Shown in pieces: positions 26,435 to 38,364 of a stretch of 64,000 nt of DNA; the stretch's first letter is position 1; every line of letters begins with the position of its first letter. The notes under the pieces are model-generated. The model did no database searches, was not told where the DNA came from, and worked only from the letters and a program-made list of their open reading frames with translations. The DNA comes from Callorhinchus milii (lineage: Eukaryota), in NCBI RefSeq assembly GCF_018977255.1, contig NW_024704743.1, forward strand, positions 25,298,001-25,362,000, read 5' to 3'. A program made the translations under genes and the position numbers.

Positions 26435-26700
26435 ATAATAATAATCCCTCCATTTGATATAGCGCCTTATCATGTCTTCGAGACGTCTCAAAGCGCTTCT
26501 CAGAATATACGTGAATTGACTGTATATTTTGTGGGCGAAACGCAGCAACCAATTGTCTACAACAGTGTCCCACCAACAGTCGTGGATTGAGTGACCAAAT
26601 TATTATTTAATTTTTTTTTGAGAGATTATTACCCCTGGAAAAACGATCCACCAATCGACTAACAATCGGGTTCCTGCTTACTGCTAGATAAACAGAAGTG
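26435..26700 (-). mobile_element. SINE body and tail
   Basis: Reverse complement of the family body and tail. Confidence 0.85.
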
Positions 26701-26951
26701 TTTACAAATATTTATAAAAGGGATGTGATGGACTAAGGTGCATTTCCTTGATCACCTTGAGAAGTTAAATAGAAAGGTGGTGGGGGGGGGCAGTGAGGGG
26801 GGGAGGGGAGCATTGTCGAGTGCAGGAAAAAAAGGCAACCGAGTGAAATGGATGATGCCTTTTTTTACTTTCAAGCTTATTTTCTCACTGTGGCAGCCAT
26901 TGGAGTGAAGAGGATAATGTATTTTTGTGCCCAAGATGAATCAATATCTAC

Positions 26952-27074
26952 CTTTCACCGTAGGTATCATTGGTAGCATCATCTCTGGAAGAATTACCAC
27001 GAGACCTCCTCTGCCAAGTGGCATTCGCATTAGCCCAAACAAAGTTTGCATGCCAGGAGCTGGTGCCAACAGGT
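26952..27074 (-). CDS. SNRPB-like: SmB-like exon 6 homologue (LLAPAPGMQTLFGLMRMPLGRGGLVVILPEMMLPMIPTVK)
   Basis: 123 nt, tatag| and |gtagat boundaries, phase 1-1; aligns with SmB [23 protein letters not shown]... Confidence 0.85.
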
Positions 27075-27169
27075 CTATAATTAAAATATCATTTGTAATT
27101 TCCAGCAATTGATGCTACAGGAATCTTATTTTTCAGTCTTTCAGGATTTCAATTATATTCCGATCAGTG

Positions 27170-27860
27170 TACAACTCTATCCCAACTCTATCTCTCTGCC
27201 TCCATCCTCGACTCTAGGACTACTGCTGACCTGACAGGAAGTCTAACAGATATCAAGTCCTGGATGAGAGCGAATTTTCTACAGCTGAACGTCAACAAGC
27301 CTTGAGGCTCTCCTGATTGTCTCCGGTCAGTGCCTCCACACCTCAGGCACTGACAGCATCACCATCCAGGGATGCACACTCCACCTCACCCATGTCAGTC
27401 TGGAACCTTGGCATCCTCTTTGACCCTCAACTGTCCTTTCTACCCCACATTCATGCCATGACCTGCTCTGCCTTCCCCCACCTCCGCAACATCGTCCGGC
27501 TGCGCCACTGCCTTACCCCTCAGGCTGCCGAAACCCTCATCCATGAATTTGTCACATCTAGGCTCGATTACACCAACTCCCTACTTGTCAACACTTCCCT
27601 CCACAAGCTGCAGATCATCCAGAACTCTGCAGTTTGTGTCCTCTCCGGCAGCAGGCTCCGTGACGCCATCACCCCCACCCTCACTCCATGTCCTCCGCCC
27701 AGCCCGACCCACCATTGGCGGTCGGCCTTGCCCCACCCTTTGGAACTTCATCCGGCATTCCCTTCGTGTCGCTCGCTCCCTTGCCTCCTTGAAGGCGTGT
27801 CTTAAAACCTTCCTCTTTGACCACGCCTTTAGTCACCCTCCTACTCTCCACCCTCCCCCC
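27170..27860 (+). mobile_element. L2 LINE 3' fragment in an SmB-like intron
   Basis: LTPQAAETLIHEFVTSRLDYTNSLL...LQIIQNSA. Confidence 0.9.
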
Positions 27861-27938
27861 GATTCTGTATTGTATATTGCTAACCTTAATTGGGATACTC
27901 TCTTAAACCTGTGCTCACATAACCCTCAGGGAACCTAC

Positions 27939-28062
27939 CTGGATGCAGCTCACCAGGGCTCATCATAGGTGGACACCCTCTCATTGGTACATAAGCTTGA
28001 GGGAAAGCAGAAATACATGTAGATACTGGAACTCCAGTCGTTCTAGGTTGTGGATCCATTAC
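27939..28062 (-). CDS. SNRPB-like: SmB-like exon 5 homologue (VMDPQPRTTGVPVSTCISAFPQAYVPMRGCPPMMSPGELHP)
   Basis: 124 nt, tgtttag| and |gtaggt boundaries, phase 0-1; aligns with SmB VMTPQGRG...[23 protein letters not shown]. Confidence 0.85.
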
Positions 28063-28199
28063 CTAAACAATAAAATGTTCACCACTAAACTTATAATGTA
28101 TAATCAAATACTATTTTATTTAATCTCATAATAACATGATGATACAATGAAAATATCTTTATGTTAAATGCTTTGTCTTTTTTTAATAAAAGGGAAAAA

Positions 28200-28560
28200 A
28201 ATGATATAGCGCTTTATCAATTCTTTGAGATGCGCAAAGCGCTTCACAGAATATCCTGTAAAGTGAATTGACTGGATATTTTGTGGGCAAAATGCAGCAG
28301 CCAATTGCACACAGCAGTGTCCCACAAACAGTCATGGACTGAGTGACCAAATTTTTATTGTTTTAAGGGATTATTAAGCAATCCGTCCATTGACTAACAA
28401 CCATGTTCCCTTTTTGATTTGTGCATGGATCTTTAACATCCACCTGAACAGGCAGATGAAACCTTAGTTTAACTTGTAAATCTAGGTAAACAGAGGCCCT
28501 ACCCGGGAATCAAACCTGGGTCCTCTCGTTTGCAAGGTGACTGCTCTAACCAATATGCTA
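28200..28560 (-). mobile_element. SINE, degenerate
   Basis: Reverse-complement head and tail are recognisable. Confidence 0.8.
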
Positions 28561-31349
28561 TGAACCATGTAAAACCAGCTTCCAAATGAAGACTGAATTT
28601 AAAAATGTTTCTATAATTCTCAGCAATTTTAAAATGTTAAGACAGAATGGTCTCATGAACTAAGACTAGGTGGAATTTCTCAGCCTCATTATTTAAATAC
28701 CCCAAATCACTTCTTTGGTTTCTGCCTGCTATGGTTAGCATAACCATTTGTGTCATAAACTTACAGCTACAGTTTATAATAATTGCATTAGATACAGGAG
28801 CTTATCACGTTGACAAGACATTTCAAAATGCTTCATAGGCTATATGGTAAAGTTTAATGACTGTGTACTTGTAGACAAATGCAGAAGCCAATTTATACAC
28901 CCTAGTGACCGATAAACAGCCATGAAGTGAGTAACCAATTTTATCTGGAGGATTGTTGGCCAGGACACCTGGAACAACTCCCTTCTCTTTTTGAATTGTG
29001 CATGGGATCTTTCACATTGAATGACGGTGAATCACAGAGAAACAATAGAGTTGGTTTAAGTTTAAGCTTAAGGGAACTCATAGAAAATGATCTATGAATT
29101 CAAATTACTCATGAGGGGCTTGAACCTACAACATCCTGATCAGAGGCAATTGTGCTAACAACTGCATCAGGCTTTTGTGATTAAGCAACTTTTAACAATT
29201 GCAGCACGCAGAATGCTTTTTAAATGCCGTCTTACCTAACTTGCTACAGGGCGATATTTACTATCTGACAAACTCGACTGTTACTCAATACAAAAATCTC
29301 TGCGGTTCTGTAACTACATTCTGATGGGGCTACACAAGCTACCCTCTCTCTACCACCCACCCCCCACCCTCCGCCTCTCATTTGACCCCAAAACTCCAAG
29401 CTGACTGGTGTTTCTTAACACAAAAAGGAATATATATTCACATAAACCAGGAAATAGGTGAAAACAAACAGGGTGTGAATAAATTGTCTTGTGAACTGAA
29501 TATTAAAGTACCTGCTAAAGTGGAAGCAGAGTACCATTATTGATACACACATAGGATAATTGTATGTATGCTAATTTTCCCTATTCACTCAATATAAGTG
29601 ATAGAAGGAAGAGATGCTTTCAAATGCTCCGAGATCCTACCAGCATGAAGGGACGATATAAATGCAAGCGGTATTATTTTACCGACAGATGTGAACATTT
29701 GGCACTGAGCAGCCATAAAAANTTATTAATTTATAAAAAATTTTAAGGGATTATTACCCCTGGAAAAGCGGACCACTAAATCGACTAACAACCAGGTTCC
29801 TACTTACTACTAGGTAAACATAGCCGTGTGGAGTAAGAAAACTTGTTTAACATTTTGCCCTGCCCGGAAATTGAACCCAGGTCTTCTCGCTTGTGAGACG
29901 AGTGCTCTAACCACTCTAACCCAGAACTCCACAGAAGTACATAGAAGTCTATGTTTATAGCACAAAGGATGAACAAAGACTAAAGGAACAGTAATAAACA
30001 CTGCATTTTATAGCCAACACAACTCTCCACAACAGATCCACACAACAGACTATCCTTTTCTTGTGAAGTTGAAAAGATCCTCAGGTGGGTAGCCTTAATT
30101 GTAATTACGGTATTTATTTAATTCTAATTACTATACTGTACTTGTTAAAGCATTCCTCGTGTATTAATTACTTTAAAGCTTACAGAATTTTATCGACAGG
30201 CAGGAACAAGCAACTACTGCTACCCTTACTACGGAAATTCCATACAAAATTCCCAGCTTTATTTGGGGGTCAGCTGGGTGTCTGACACATGCAGAAACCC
30301 ATCATCATGCTTAAGAGTACCCATATCAAATCAAACTGAGATTTCCATGCCCCACAGACCCCAGAGTGTGCGTCGGGGTACTGCTGAAGTCTAACCGGAT
30401 AAAGCCGCATATCTTGCCACTGATATCCTTCTCTGGCCAGCTTTCCCGCTACTTGTCCAGCTAAAATCATCCTATCCATTAGGACTTTGGGTTGCAGAGT
30501 TAACTGTAGCTGAGTGGGAGGATTTCCAGCCCCCAGTGACAAGTTGACGCTTCCAATTCCTGCCGAACAGCTGTGCTGTCATCAGGAGTGGCCTGGAATC
30601 TGCAGACCCACCTAGTTCAGGAACCTGGCTTGATACCGACATTTTTTGTCACCTTGGAGCTCCACGTTGTTACTGTGCCATAGAATTGTACTGTAATTAT
30701 CTTGGATGCTCAATGGCGTGACTCAAGGCATAAAAAAATGAACAAAATCTATAAATGCATTATGGTAACTTTGTAAAACAAAGAACAGGCTTTTGATCTG
30801 ACAGCACAAAACCAATACATGGCAATAAAAATGTGTTAATTTTTGCCAGCCAGTATTTCTAAAATCCTACTGTTGCAGATGTCCTTGCTCAGCAGTGTTT
30901 TACAGCAAATGATTAAAATATCTGTATTTTTCCAAAATAGAGCCACTTCATTTCAGGCACTGTAACACTGGTCCGAAACACTGACTGTCCAGCACCTGGG
31001 ATGTCCTTCCGACATGAAAGGCACTATACAAATGTAATTTTGTTGTTTTTGTAAGCATAATTATTTTATACAGTATCCCTCCAATGGCTGAAGTAACATT
31101 TTTGCATCAATGTGACATGGAGAAGGGCAGTCTTTCAGGTGTGAAGCCAAAAGGTATTTTAATGGATTTCCACTGATTGTTTAACAAAAATTCTAGACAA
31201 TCCATAATGAAGCTGCTTGAATTTTTTTTAAAAAGAAATCAACAATCCTGTCTAATCAATCCTGTCTTATCAGGACAACAAATCTTTCCTGTCAACAGCA
31301 GTGCCCTGGAATACTGGGTACCAGCCTGGCTCAGGAACTGGACTACCGA

Positions 31350-31634
31350 GACTGCCTGAGTTCAATTCCAGGCAGAGGGCGAAACCTTGGGCAAGTTTCC
31401 TTACTCCACACGCCTAATAATAATCCCTCCAAAACAAAAAACAATAATAAAATTGATCCTTTTCAATCTACGACTGTTTGTGGGACATTGCTGTGTGCAA
31501 TTGGCTGCCGCGTTCGCCCACAAATATACAGTCAATTCACTTTACAGTATATTCTGTGAAGCACTTTGGGACGTCTTGAAGACGTGAAAAGCGCTATATC
31601 AAATGCAAGGATTATCATTATTATTTATTATTAT
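31350..31634 (+). mobile_element. 5'-truncated tRNA-headed SINE nested in an older repeat
   Basis: Begins near the B box; both flanks match 61130-61285. Confidence 0.88.
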
Positions 31635-32234
31635 ACAGGATGGCCTCAATTCTAACATTCCATTGCCAAACATGTCATCTTGGAGCCAGTTTAGCTCCAA
31701 GGAGACCCAGTTTGCCTACCTTACGTGCCAGTCTTGATATTCGCAGTCCAAGTCCATTACCACATATCAGGTTTACCCAGCACCAGCTGCTTAATGCGTA
31801 TAATCCATAGGGACTTTTGCAAATAGATGTGCCCACTGTAAAGCAGGTCCCTCCCTCCCTGCAGCCACATCCCATGTTTGCCACAGATCCACCTCACTGC
31901 TTGATCCTGGACTTTGCAAATGGTCTGGAAGAAGCCCCTCTGCTGCATCCCTAGGAGCTTGGATTCATAAAGAAGGTTCACTTTTATCCTTAATAATATC
32001 AGTGCATTTGAAAATTATCTGACATCTAATAAAACATACGCATGTATCGCACCCTTCAGTTAAACGTCTCAAAGCTCTTCACAGAATGAGATCAGTTAAA
32101 ACTGAAGTGGATGTAGTGTAGGCAAAATAATTAAGTGGAAGCACACTGGATTTTTGCACCAAAAAGGAAACTACATAAAAATCTCACTTTGTAATAAGCT
32201 TTAAGTAAGGGTAAAAGTGTAAACTGCTGCTTAC

Positions 32235-32346
32235 ATCTCTTATGGGAGGTCCCTCTACTGTCATGGACACAAGACTTTCTCCTCGAAGAAGGACTAGGCC
32301 AAGTGACCTCTTTTCTTCTCGCTCAGCCTGCTTACAATTCTTCAGC
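32235..32346 (-). CDS. SNRPB-like: SmB-like exon 3, Sm2 motif ([38 protein letters not shown])
   Basis: 112 nt, catag| and |gtaagc boundaries, phase 2-0. Confidence 0.95.
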
Positions 32347-32774
32347 CTATGTCAACAACAACAACAAATTACACTTGCATAGCACCCTTCATATTGTAAA
32401 GACGACCCAGGGAGCTGGACAATCAGGGATTTTGGACCCGAGCTGGGAGATGGGGTCAGAAGGGGAGAAGGGTAGGATGACAGGGGGGTGACCGAAGGCA
32501 CGATCGAAGAGGAAGGTCTTCAGACGGGACTTGAAAGAGGCAGGAGAGGGAGTGAGGCGGCGGGATTGCGGGATAGAGTTCCAGATAGGGGGCGCGGAGA
32601 TGCTGAATGTCTGACCCGCAATGGTGGGATGGGATGTGCGGAGGACCTGAAGCAGGCCCAGCTTCCCAGCACGATCAATCCCAGCACAAGCACATAGTCA
32701 ACAAAGACAATGCTCATGATGCATGAAAAGCAAAAATCACCAAATACCAATACAGAAAATATACGCACACATAC

Positions 32775-32926
32775 TTGATTCTTCTGAATTCATCACAGTC
32801 ACAGAGAATCAGGTTCATGTGCCGATCGAAAGCTTTGAAAGTTCCAATAAAAACACGGCCATCCTGAAGTATACACCGCATTCTGTGGTCCACATATTCA
32901 ATCATCTTACGGTTTCTTCCAACAGG
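32775..32926 (-). CDS. SNRPB-like: SmB-like exon 2, Sm1 motif ([50 protein letters not shown])
   Basis: 152 nt, tttttag| and |gtatgt boundaries, clear SmB/SmN sequence. Confidence 0.96.
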
Positions 32927-33478
32927 CTAAAAAAAAACAAACAAACCCAAACTTCGACTGCCACAAAAAATGGGTACAGTGAACATTGACCCAAAGGGGG
33001 AAAAAAAATACACCTGCCCCAGAATGCAAATCATGTACACGATTAGACTCTTCAATTATCAGTGGAAAAGGCCAAGCATTAAACTGTGGTTTTGCTCCAC
33101 ATCATTGCTAACCATTCACCAGCAAAATTAAGAGTAAAGCCAATGAGCCTTTGTCATTTAGATCCATTGACCAAACCAAATGGGGGAATAATTGCATCTT
33201 GCTTTTATGTACGGTTTTTTTATCATTGTCTATCAGTGGGGGTTGCAAAGAGGCCCTGCAGGTCTCAAGCTTTTCTCCAGATAAAACAGAGGCAAAACGA
33301 AGAACTTCTCGTCTGCAAACGCCCTGCATTTTGGGACCAGTTTGCACTCCAGCAGCTGAGAGAGAGGGCGAGATGGGTCTGACCAAGTAAGTCACTGAGA
33401 GCTCACCCCAAGAGGGGAGAGGCAACTTGCAAAGTGGCAGCTATCAGACTACCTCCAAACTACAAGGCGAGCACTTAC

Positions 33479-33481
33479 CAT
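33479..33481 (-). CDS. SNRPB-like: SNRPB/SmB-like exon 1 coding part (ATG only)
   Basis: gcaATG|gtaagt; as I recall, vertebrate SNRPB exon 1 ends at the start codon; joins exon 2 in phase 0. Confidence 0.8.
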
Positions 33482-33517
33482 TGCAGGGACTGAAGACAAC
33501 TGAACCCAGGAAGAGTC

Positions 33518-34255
33518 ACAGCAATGAAGGGACTGTGTGTGTGTGTGTCACTACAGCAATGAGGGGACTGTGTGTGTCACTACAGCAATGAGGGGATTGT
33601 GTGTGTGTGTGTGTCACTACAGCAATGAGGGGACTGTGTGTGTATGTGTCACTACAGCAATGAGGGGATTGTGTGTGTGTGTGTCACTACAGCAATGAGG
33701 GGACTGTGTGTGTGTGTGTGTGTGTCACTACAGCAATGAGGGAACTGTGTGTGTGTGTGTCACTACAGCAATGAGGGGACTGTGTGTGTGTCACTACTGC
33801 AATGAGGGGACTGTGTGTGTGTCACTACAGCAATGAGGGGACTGTGTGTGTGTCACTACAGCAATGAGGGGACTGTGTGTGTGTGTGTGTCACTACAGCA
33901 ATGAGGGAACTGTGTGTGTGTGTCACTACAGCAATGAGAGGACTGTGTGTGTGTGTGTGTGTCACTACAGCAATGAGGGAACTGTGTGTGTGTGTCACTA
34001 CAGCAATGAGAGGACTGTGTGTGTGTGTGTGTCACTACAGCAAATGAGGGGACTGACTGTGTGTGACCTGCCACACCCACTCTGGGCTTCCACTGACACC
34101 TGCAACAGAGAGGGAACTACAAGCTCTTTAAATGTGGTGTGTATCCACTGCAGGTCAGACTGTCACCAATCACTGCAGGAGTCGGGTGGGGACTGTGTGT
34201 GTCACTACAGCAATGAGGGGACTGTGTGTGTGACTACAGCAATGAGCGGACTGTG
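33518..34255. repeat. Minisatellite CACTACAGCAATGAGGGGAC(TG)n, more than 15 units, immediately 5' of the SmB-like ATG
   Basis: Directly visible; interrupted by a unique segment at about 34065-34190. Confidence 0.95.
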
Positions 34256-34369
34256 TTCACCTAATCAAGACCACTTTCCTCCACCTGCGTCGCATTGCCT
34301 GCTTCCGACCACACCTCACCACCGGCGCAGCCGAGACCCTCATCCACACCTTTGTTACCTCCCGCCTTG

Positions 34370-37300
34370 GTGCGGGTGAGAATGCGGGCGGCGGAGTTTT
34401 GAATGAGCTGGACTTTGTGAATAGTGGAGGAGGGGAGACCGGCGAGGAGGGCGTTAAAGTAGTCCAGCCGAGAGGTGACAAAGGCGTGGACAAGGGTTTT
34501 GGCAGCTTTTGGGGTGAGGTATCGTCGGAGACCGGCGATGTGGCGGAGGTGGAAGAAAGCGGTGCTGGTCGGGGACTGAATGTGGGGGAGGAAGCAAAAC
34601 TGGGGATAGAACCTGATAAGAGGCCATTCGGCCCATCGAGTCTGTCCCGGCTCTTTGAAAAGAGCAAGGCAATGTCAATCCCACTCCCCAGCCCTTTCCC
34701 CATAACCCTGCAAACCCGTCCTCCTCAAATACCCAACCACCGCATTTTTAAAAGTTGTTATTGATTCGGCCTCGACCACCCTTTCAGGCAATGCATTCCA
34801 GATTTGAACAACTCGTTGTGTGAAAAAAATTCTTCTCACCTCCCCTCTACTTCTTTTAGAAACTATTTTGAATTTGTGACCTCGAGTCACCGACACACCC
34901 ACTAGTGGAAACAATTTTTCCCTTTCTAACCTATCAATTTTTCCCTTTCTAAGTCCCCTCATGACTTTGAAAACTTTGAAAACCTCTATTAGGTTTCCTC
35001 GTAACCTTCTCTGCTCCAATGAGAATAATCCCAGCCTCTCTGGCCTTTCCTCATAATCAAGGTCCCTCATTCCTGGTACCATCCTCGTAAATCTCCTCTG
35101 CACCCTTTCCAATGCCTTAACATCCTTCCAATAGTGTGGTGCCCAGAACTGGGCGCAGTATTCTAACTGTGGCCGAACCAGTGTTTTATATAGGTTAATC
35201 ATAACCTCCTGACTCTTGTACTCTATGCCCCTATTTATAAAGCCTCGTATCCCATATGCCCTTTTTCAGCTTTATCTACCTGTCCTGCCACCTTCAAGGA
35301 TTCATTTACCAGAACCCCCAGGTTTCTCTGTACCTTCGCCCCCCTTAAGATTGTATTACCTAGTCTATATTGCGTCTCCTCATTCTTTCTTCCAAAATGC
35401 AATATCTCACATTTCTCCACATTGAAATTCATCTGCCATGTGTCTGCCCATTTTACCATTCTGTCTATGTCTTCCTGCAGTTGGCTACTATCCTTCTCAC
35501 TGTTTACCACTTTACCTAACTTTGTGTCGTTGTGCGTAGGTTGAGGAGGTTGGAACCGTGGGGCAGAAGACGTTGGCGGGAGCCAAACAGTATGGCTTCC
35601 ATTTTGTTGACGTTTAAACTGCAGGAAATTTGCTCTCATCCGGCTCTTGATGTCCGACAGACAAGCTGACAGAACATCAGGGAACTGGGGGTCACAGCTG
35701 GAGGTTGAAAATTAGAGTTGAGTGTCATCCGCAAACATGTGGAAGTTAACCCTGTGCCTGTGGATGACATCACTGAGAGGGAGCATATAGAAGAGGAAGA
35801 GAAGGGGGCCAAGGATGGATCCTTGGGGTACCCCGCAGGTGACCGGGTAGAAGCGCGAAGAAAAGCCATTTGCAGAAATGTAGTGCTAGGGGTTCGTAAG
35901 GTAGGACTCAAACCAAGTGAGTGCGGTCCCACTGAGGTAGATTATGGAGGACAGACGGAGTAGGATGGCGTGATCGACTGCGGAGAAGTCCAGGAGGACG
36001 AGGAGGCAAAGGGAGCCCTAGTCGCAGATAGAGAGGATATTGTTAGTGACTTTCATGTACTGTACTGTGGGAATATCGGAAACCGGATTGGAGGGGTTTG
36101 AATTGGGTGTGTGCGAAGTTGATTTGCAATAATGTGTTCCAGAGCTTTGGCATTGAAGGGCAGGTTTGAGATAGGGCGGTAGTAGCCGAGGGTGGAGGGA
36201 TCAAAGGTAGGTTTTTTTAAGGAGGGGGATGATGCCTGCGGTTTTGAAGGGGAGCGGAACTGATCCCGAGGAGAGAGACTGGTTCATAGTGTCTGCCAGC
36301 AGTGGGCAGAGGAGGGGGAGCTGGGTGATTAGCAGTTGGGTGGGGAGTGGGTCGAAGCAGCAGATGGTGAGTTTCATTGTGGTGATGGTGGATGAGAGGA
36401 AGGAGAGATGGGGGCAAATTAATGTAGGATGGGGACCATGGTAGGAGCTGATGGTGGGTTGGGTGAGGGACACAGAATGGGGTGGTGGTAGGTGACACAG
36501 GGCAGAGGGATGAAGCTGTCAGGCGGACGTTGTCAATTTTAGAGCTAAGGAAGTCAATGACCTCTTCGCACTTAGCATTAGAGTTGATGATTGAGGGTGC
36601 TTGAAAGGGTGCATGGAGAAGGTGGTGAGGGTGGAGAATAGGATTTTGGAGTTATTGTTGGCCTCCAGTATGATGTTTGAGTAGTGTGCAGTTTTTGCTT
36701 TTGACAGGGAATGGCGGTAGATGTGAAGATGCTCAAGCCACAGCTGATGGTGAACCGTGAGGCTGGTTTTCTGCTTGAGCAACCAGGTTTGGGATTTTAG
36801 GGAGTGAGATGGTTGTCGTACCAGGGGGAGCGGGTGGGTTTGGAGACGGTCCTGGATTTCAGGGGGATGAAGGAGTTGAAGGTGGAGGAGAGGTGATCAT
36901 GGAGCAGCTTGACAGCTGCTTCAGGGTCGCTGCAGGTGGAAGGCCAGAGGGATAGGAGGTCTGAAGGTGAGAGGGCCTTTGTGAGGGTCTTTGGAAAAAG
37001 CCTTTTCCATGGGTGGAAAAGTATGGTTGAGGGCTTGATAGAGGAGAGAGGGATGCGAGAGGAGAAGGAGATGAGGAAGTGGTTTGAGGAGCCTTGTCTA
37101 TGATGCACAGATTGGAAATGTCAAGGATATGTGTGATGACGAGGTAGAGGGGGTGGCCGCGGTTGTGGGTCGGAGAGTTGATGTGGAGGGTGAGGTCTAG
37201 GGAGGAGAGGAGGGCAGTGAAATCTGAGGATGTGATACAAATGGAGTTTAGGTGGAATTGCCCATTACGAGCAAGCATTCTGAGCAGAAGGACAGGGAGG

Positions 37301-38200
37301 AGAGGAGAGTGGCGATATCAGAGAGGAAGGAGCCAGGAGAATTTTGAGTGAGAGAGAGGAGGGATGGTAGAGGGTGAGGTGCTCAAATGAGGAGAAACAG
37401 ACAGAGGAATAAGGGGATAGACCGAGGGAAGCTTGGGAGATGAGGGCCACACCACCGTGTTGATTTGGGCGGGTGGGTGGGGGGTTGGGCAAGGTGTGGC
37501 CAGGAGGGGAGGCTTCAACTATGGGATGGAGTCACTGTGAGAGAGCCAGGTTTCCATAAGCCCAAGAATATCCATGTGCTCATCCAGGATGAGGTCATGG
37601 ATAGTGAGGGCTTTATTGGAGAGGGAGCGGACGTTTTGTAGGGAAATGCGGATGGATTTGCTGGTGGGGGGGATGCAGGAGAGAGGGGCATAGAGAGGAT
37701 TTGGGGTCGTGGAGGAGAGATGACTGTGGAATTTGAGGAAGGGGCAGAGTTGGAGAGGGTAGGTATGGATGAGGGAGGGGGAAGGGGTGTTTGCCTTTTG
37801 GAGGCGGTTGCTGTGGGGGAAGTGAGTGATGGGCAGTTAGGGTGGCTGATCTGGGACAACCAACACTGGAAGCCCGGATGGGCTCAACGGAGGATGCCCA
37901 GTCTGTAGCAGAGGGAGGTAATGGTGGGGTGCAGGAGAGAGAGAAGACGGGGAGAGTTGTGGGAGAGAAGGAAAGAGTGGGAGTAGTGGATAGAGGGGGT
38001 AATGAGGAGGAGCATTTCCAGGGGGAGTGGCTCATGTCAGAGAGGCAGCCAAAACACGCAGAGGTTGAAGGTGGAGGAGAGGTGCAGAGACCGGGAGTGA
38101 ACGATTAGTGGGCCAGCATCAGCCCGCGGGCTACAGGAGACAATGCAGGGTGGGAACGGGGAAAGGTGGGATGGTAGTTATGGCTTAGGTGCCAGAGACC
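34370..38200 (-). mobile_element. Long degenerate L2 LINE (APE endonuclease and RT remnants), interrupted by a CR1
   Basis: Fragments GGVALI, HINSPTHNRGHPL, SPWY, DPLPTQLL...[28 protein letters not shown] region; frameshifted. Confidence 0.88.
34606..35528 (-). mobile_element. CR1 LINE 3' fragment nested inside an L2
   Basis: LYKTLVRPQLEYCAQFWAPH...LEQRRLRGNLIEVFK; L2 sequence resumes on both sides. Confidence 0.93.
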
Positions 38201-38211
38201 AGGAGGGAAGG

Positions 38212-38352
38212 ACATAAGCTTGAGGGAAAGCAGAAATTCAGGTAGATGCTGGAACTCCAGGCGTTCTAGGTTGTGGAGCCATTACCTAAACAATAAAATG
38301 TGCACCACAAAACTTACAGTGTATAATCAAATACTATTTCATTGAATCTCAT
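38212..38352 (-). pseudogene. Truncated duplicate of SmB-like exon 5 plus its upstream intron, with an in-frame TGA
   Basis: Closely similar to 27989-28130; reads VMAPQPRTPGVPAST*ISAFPQAYV; flanked by L2-like sequence. Confidence 0.92.
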
Positions 38353-38364
38353 TGCATAATAACA

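Noticed and set aside
24480..26950. ZFAS1/SNORD12-family or SNORD119 snoRNAs expected from the mammalian ZNFX1 and SNRPB loci
   Set aside because: No convincing C/D box pair with terminal stem and guide sequence found by eye (GGATGA...CTGA near 25626-25663 is too short). An Infernal/Rfam scan would be needed to exclude them.
29225..29340. Minus-strand donor plus an ATTTTTG Sm-site-like motif inside the SmB-like intron
   Set aside because: Short motifs expected by chance; no supporting structure or homology recognised.
31675..31985. Candidate for the missing SmB exon 4
   Set aside because: There is a phase-0 donor near 31720 but no compatible acceptor with an open frame and no SmB similarity; it partly overlaps an interspersed repeat.
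33518..34255. CRISPR-like repeat/spacer pattern (also 23940-24330 and 48000-48196)
   Set aside because: The spacers are only variable-length (TG)n, the context is eukaryotic, and there are no cas genes; these are minisatellites.
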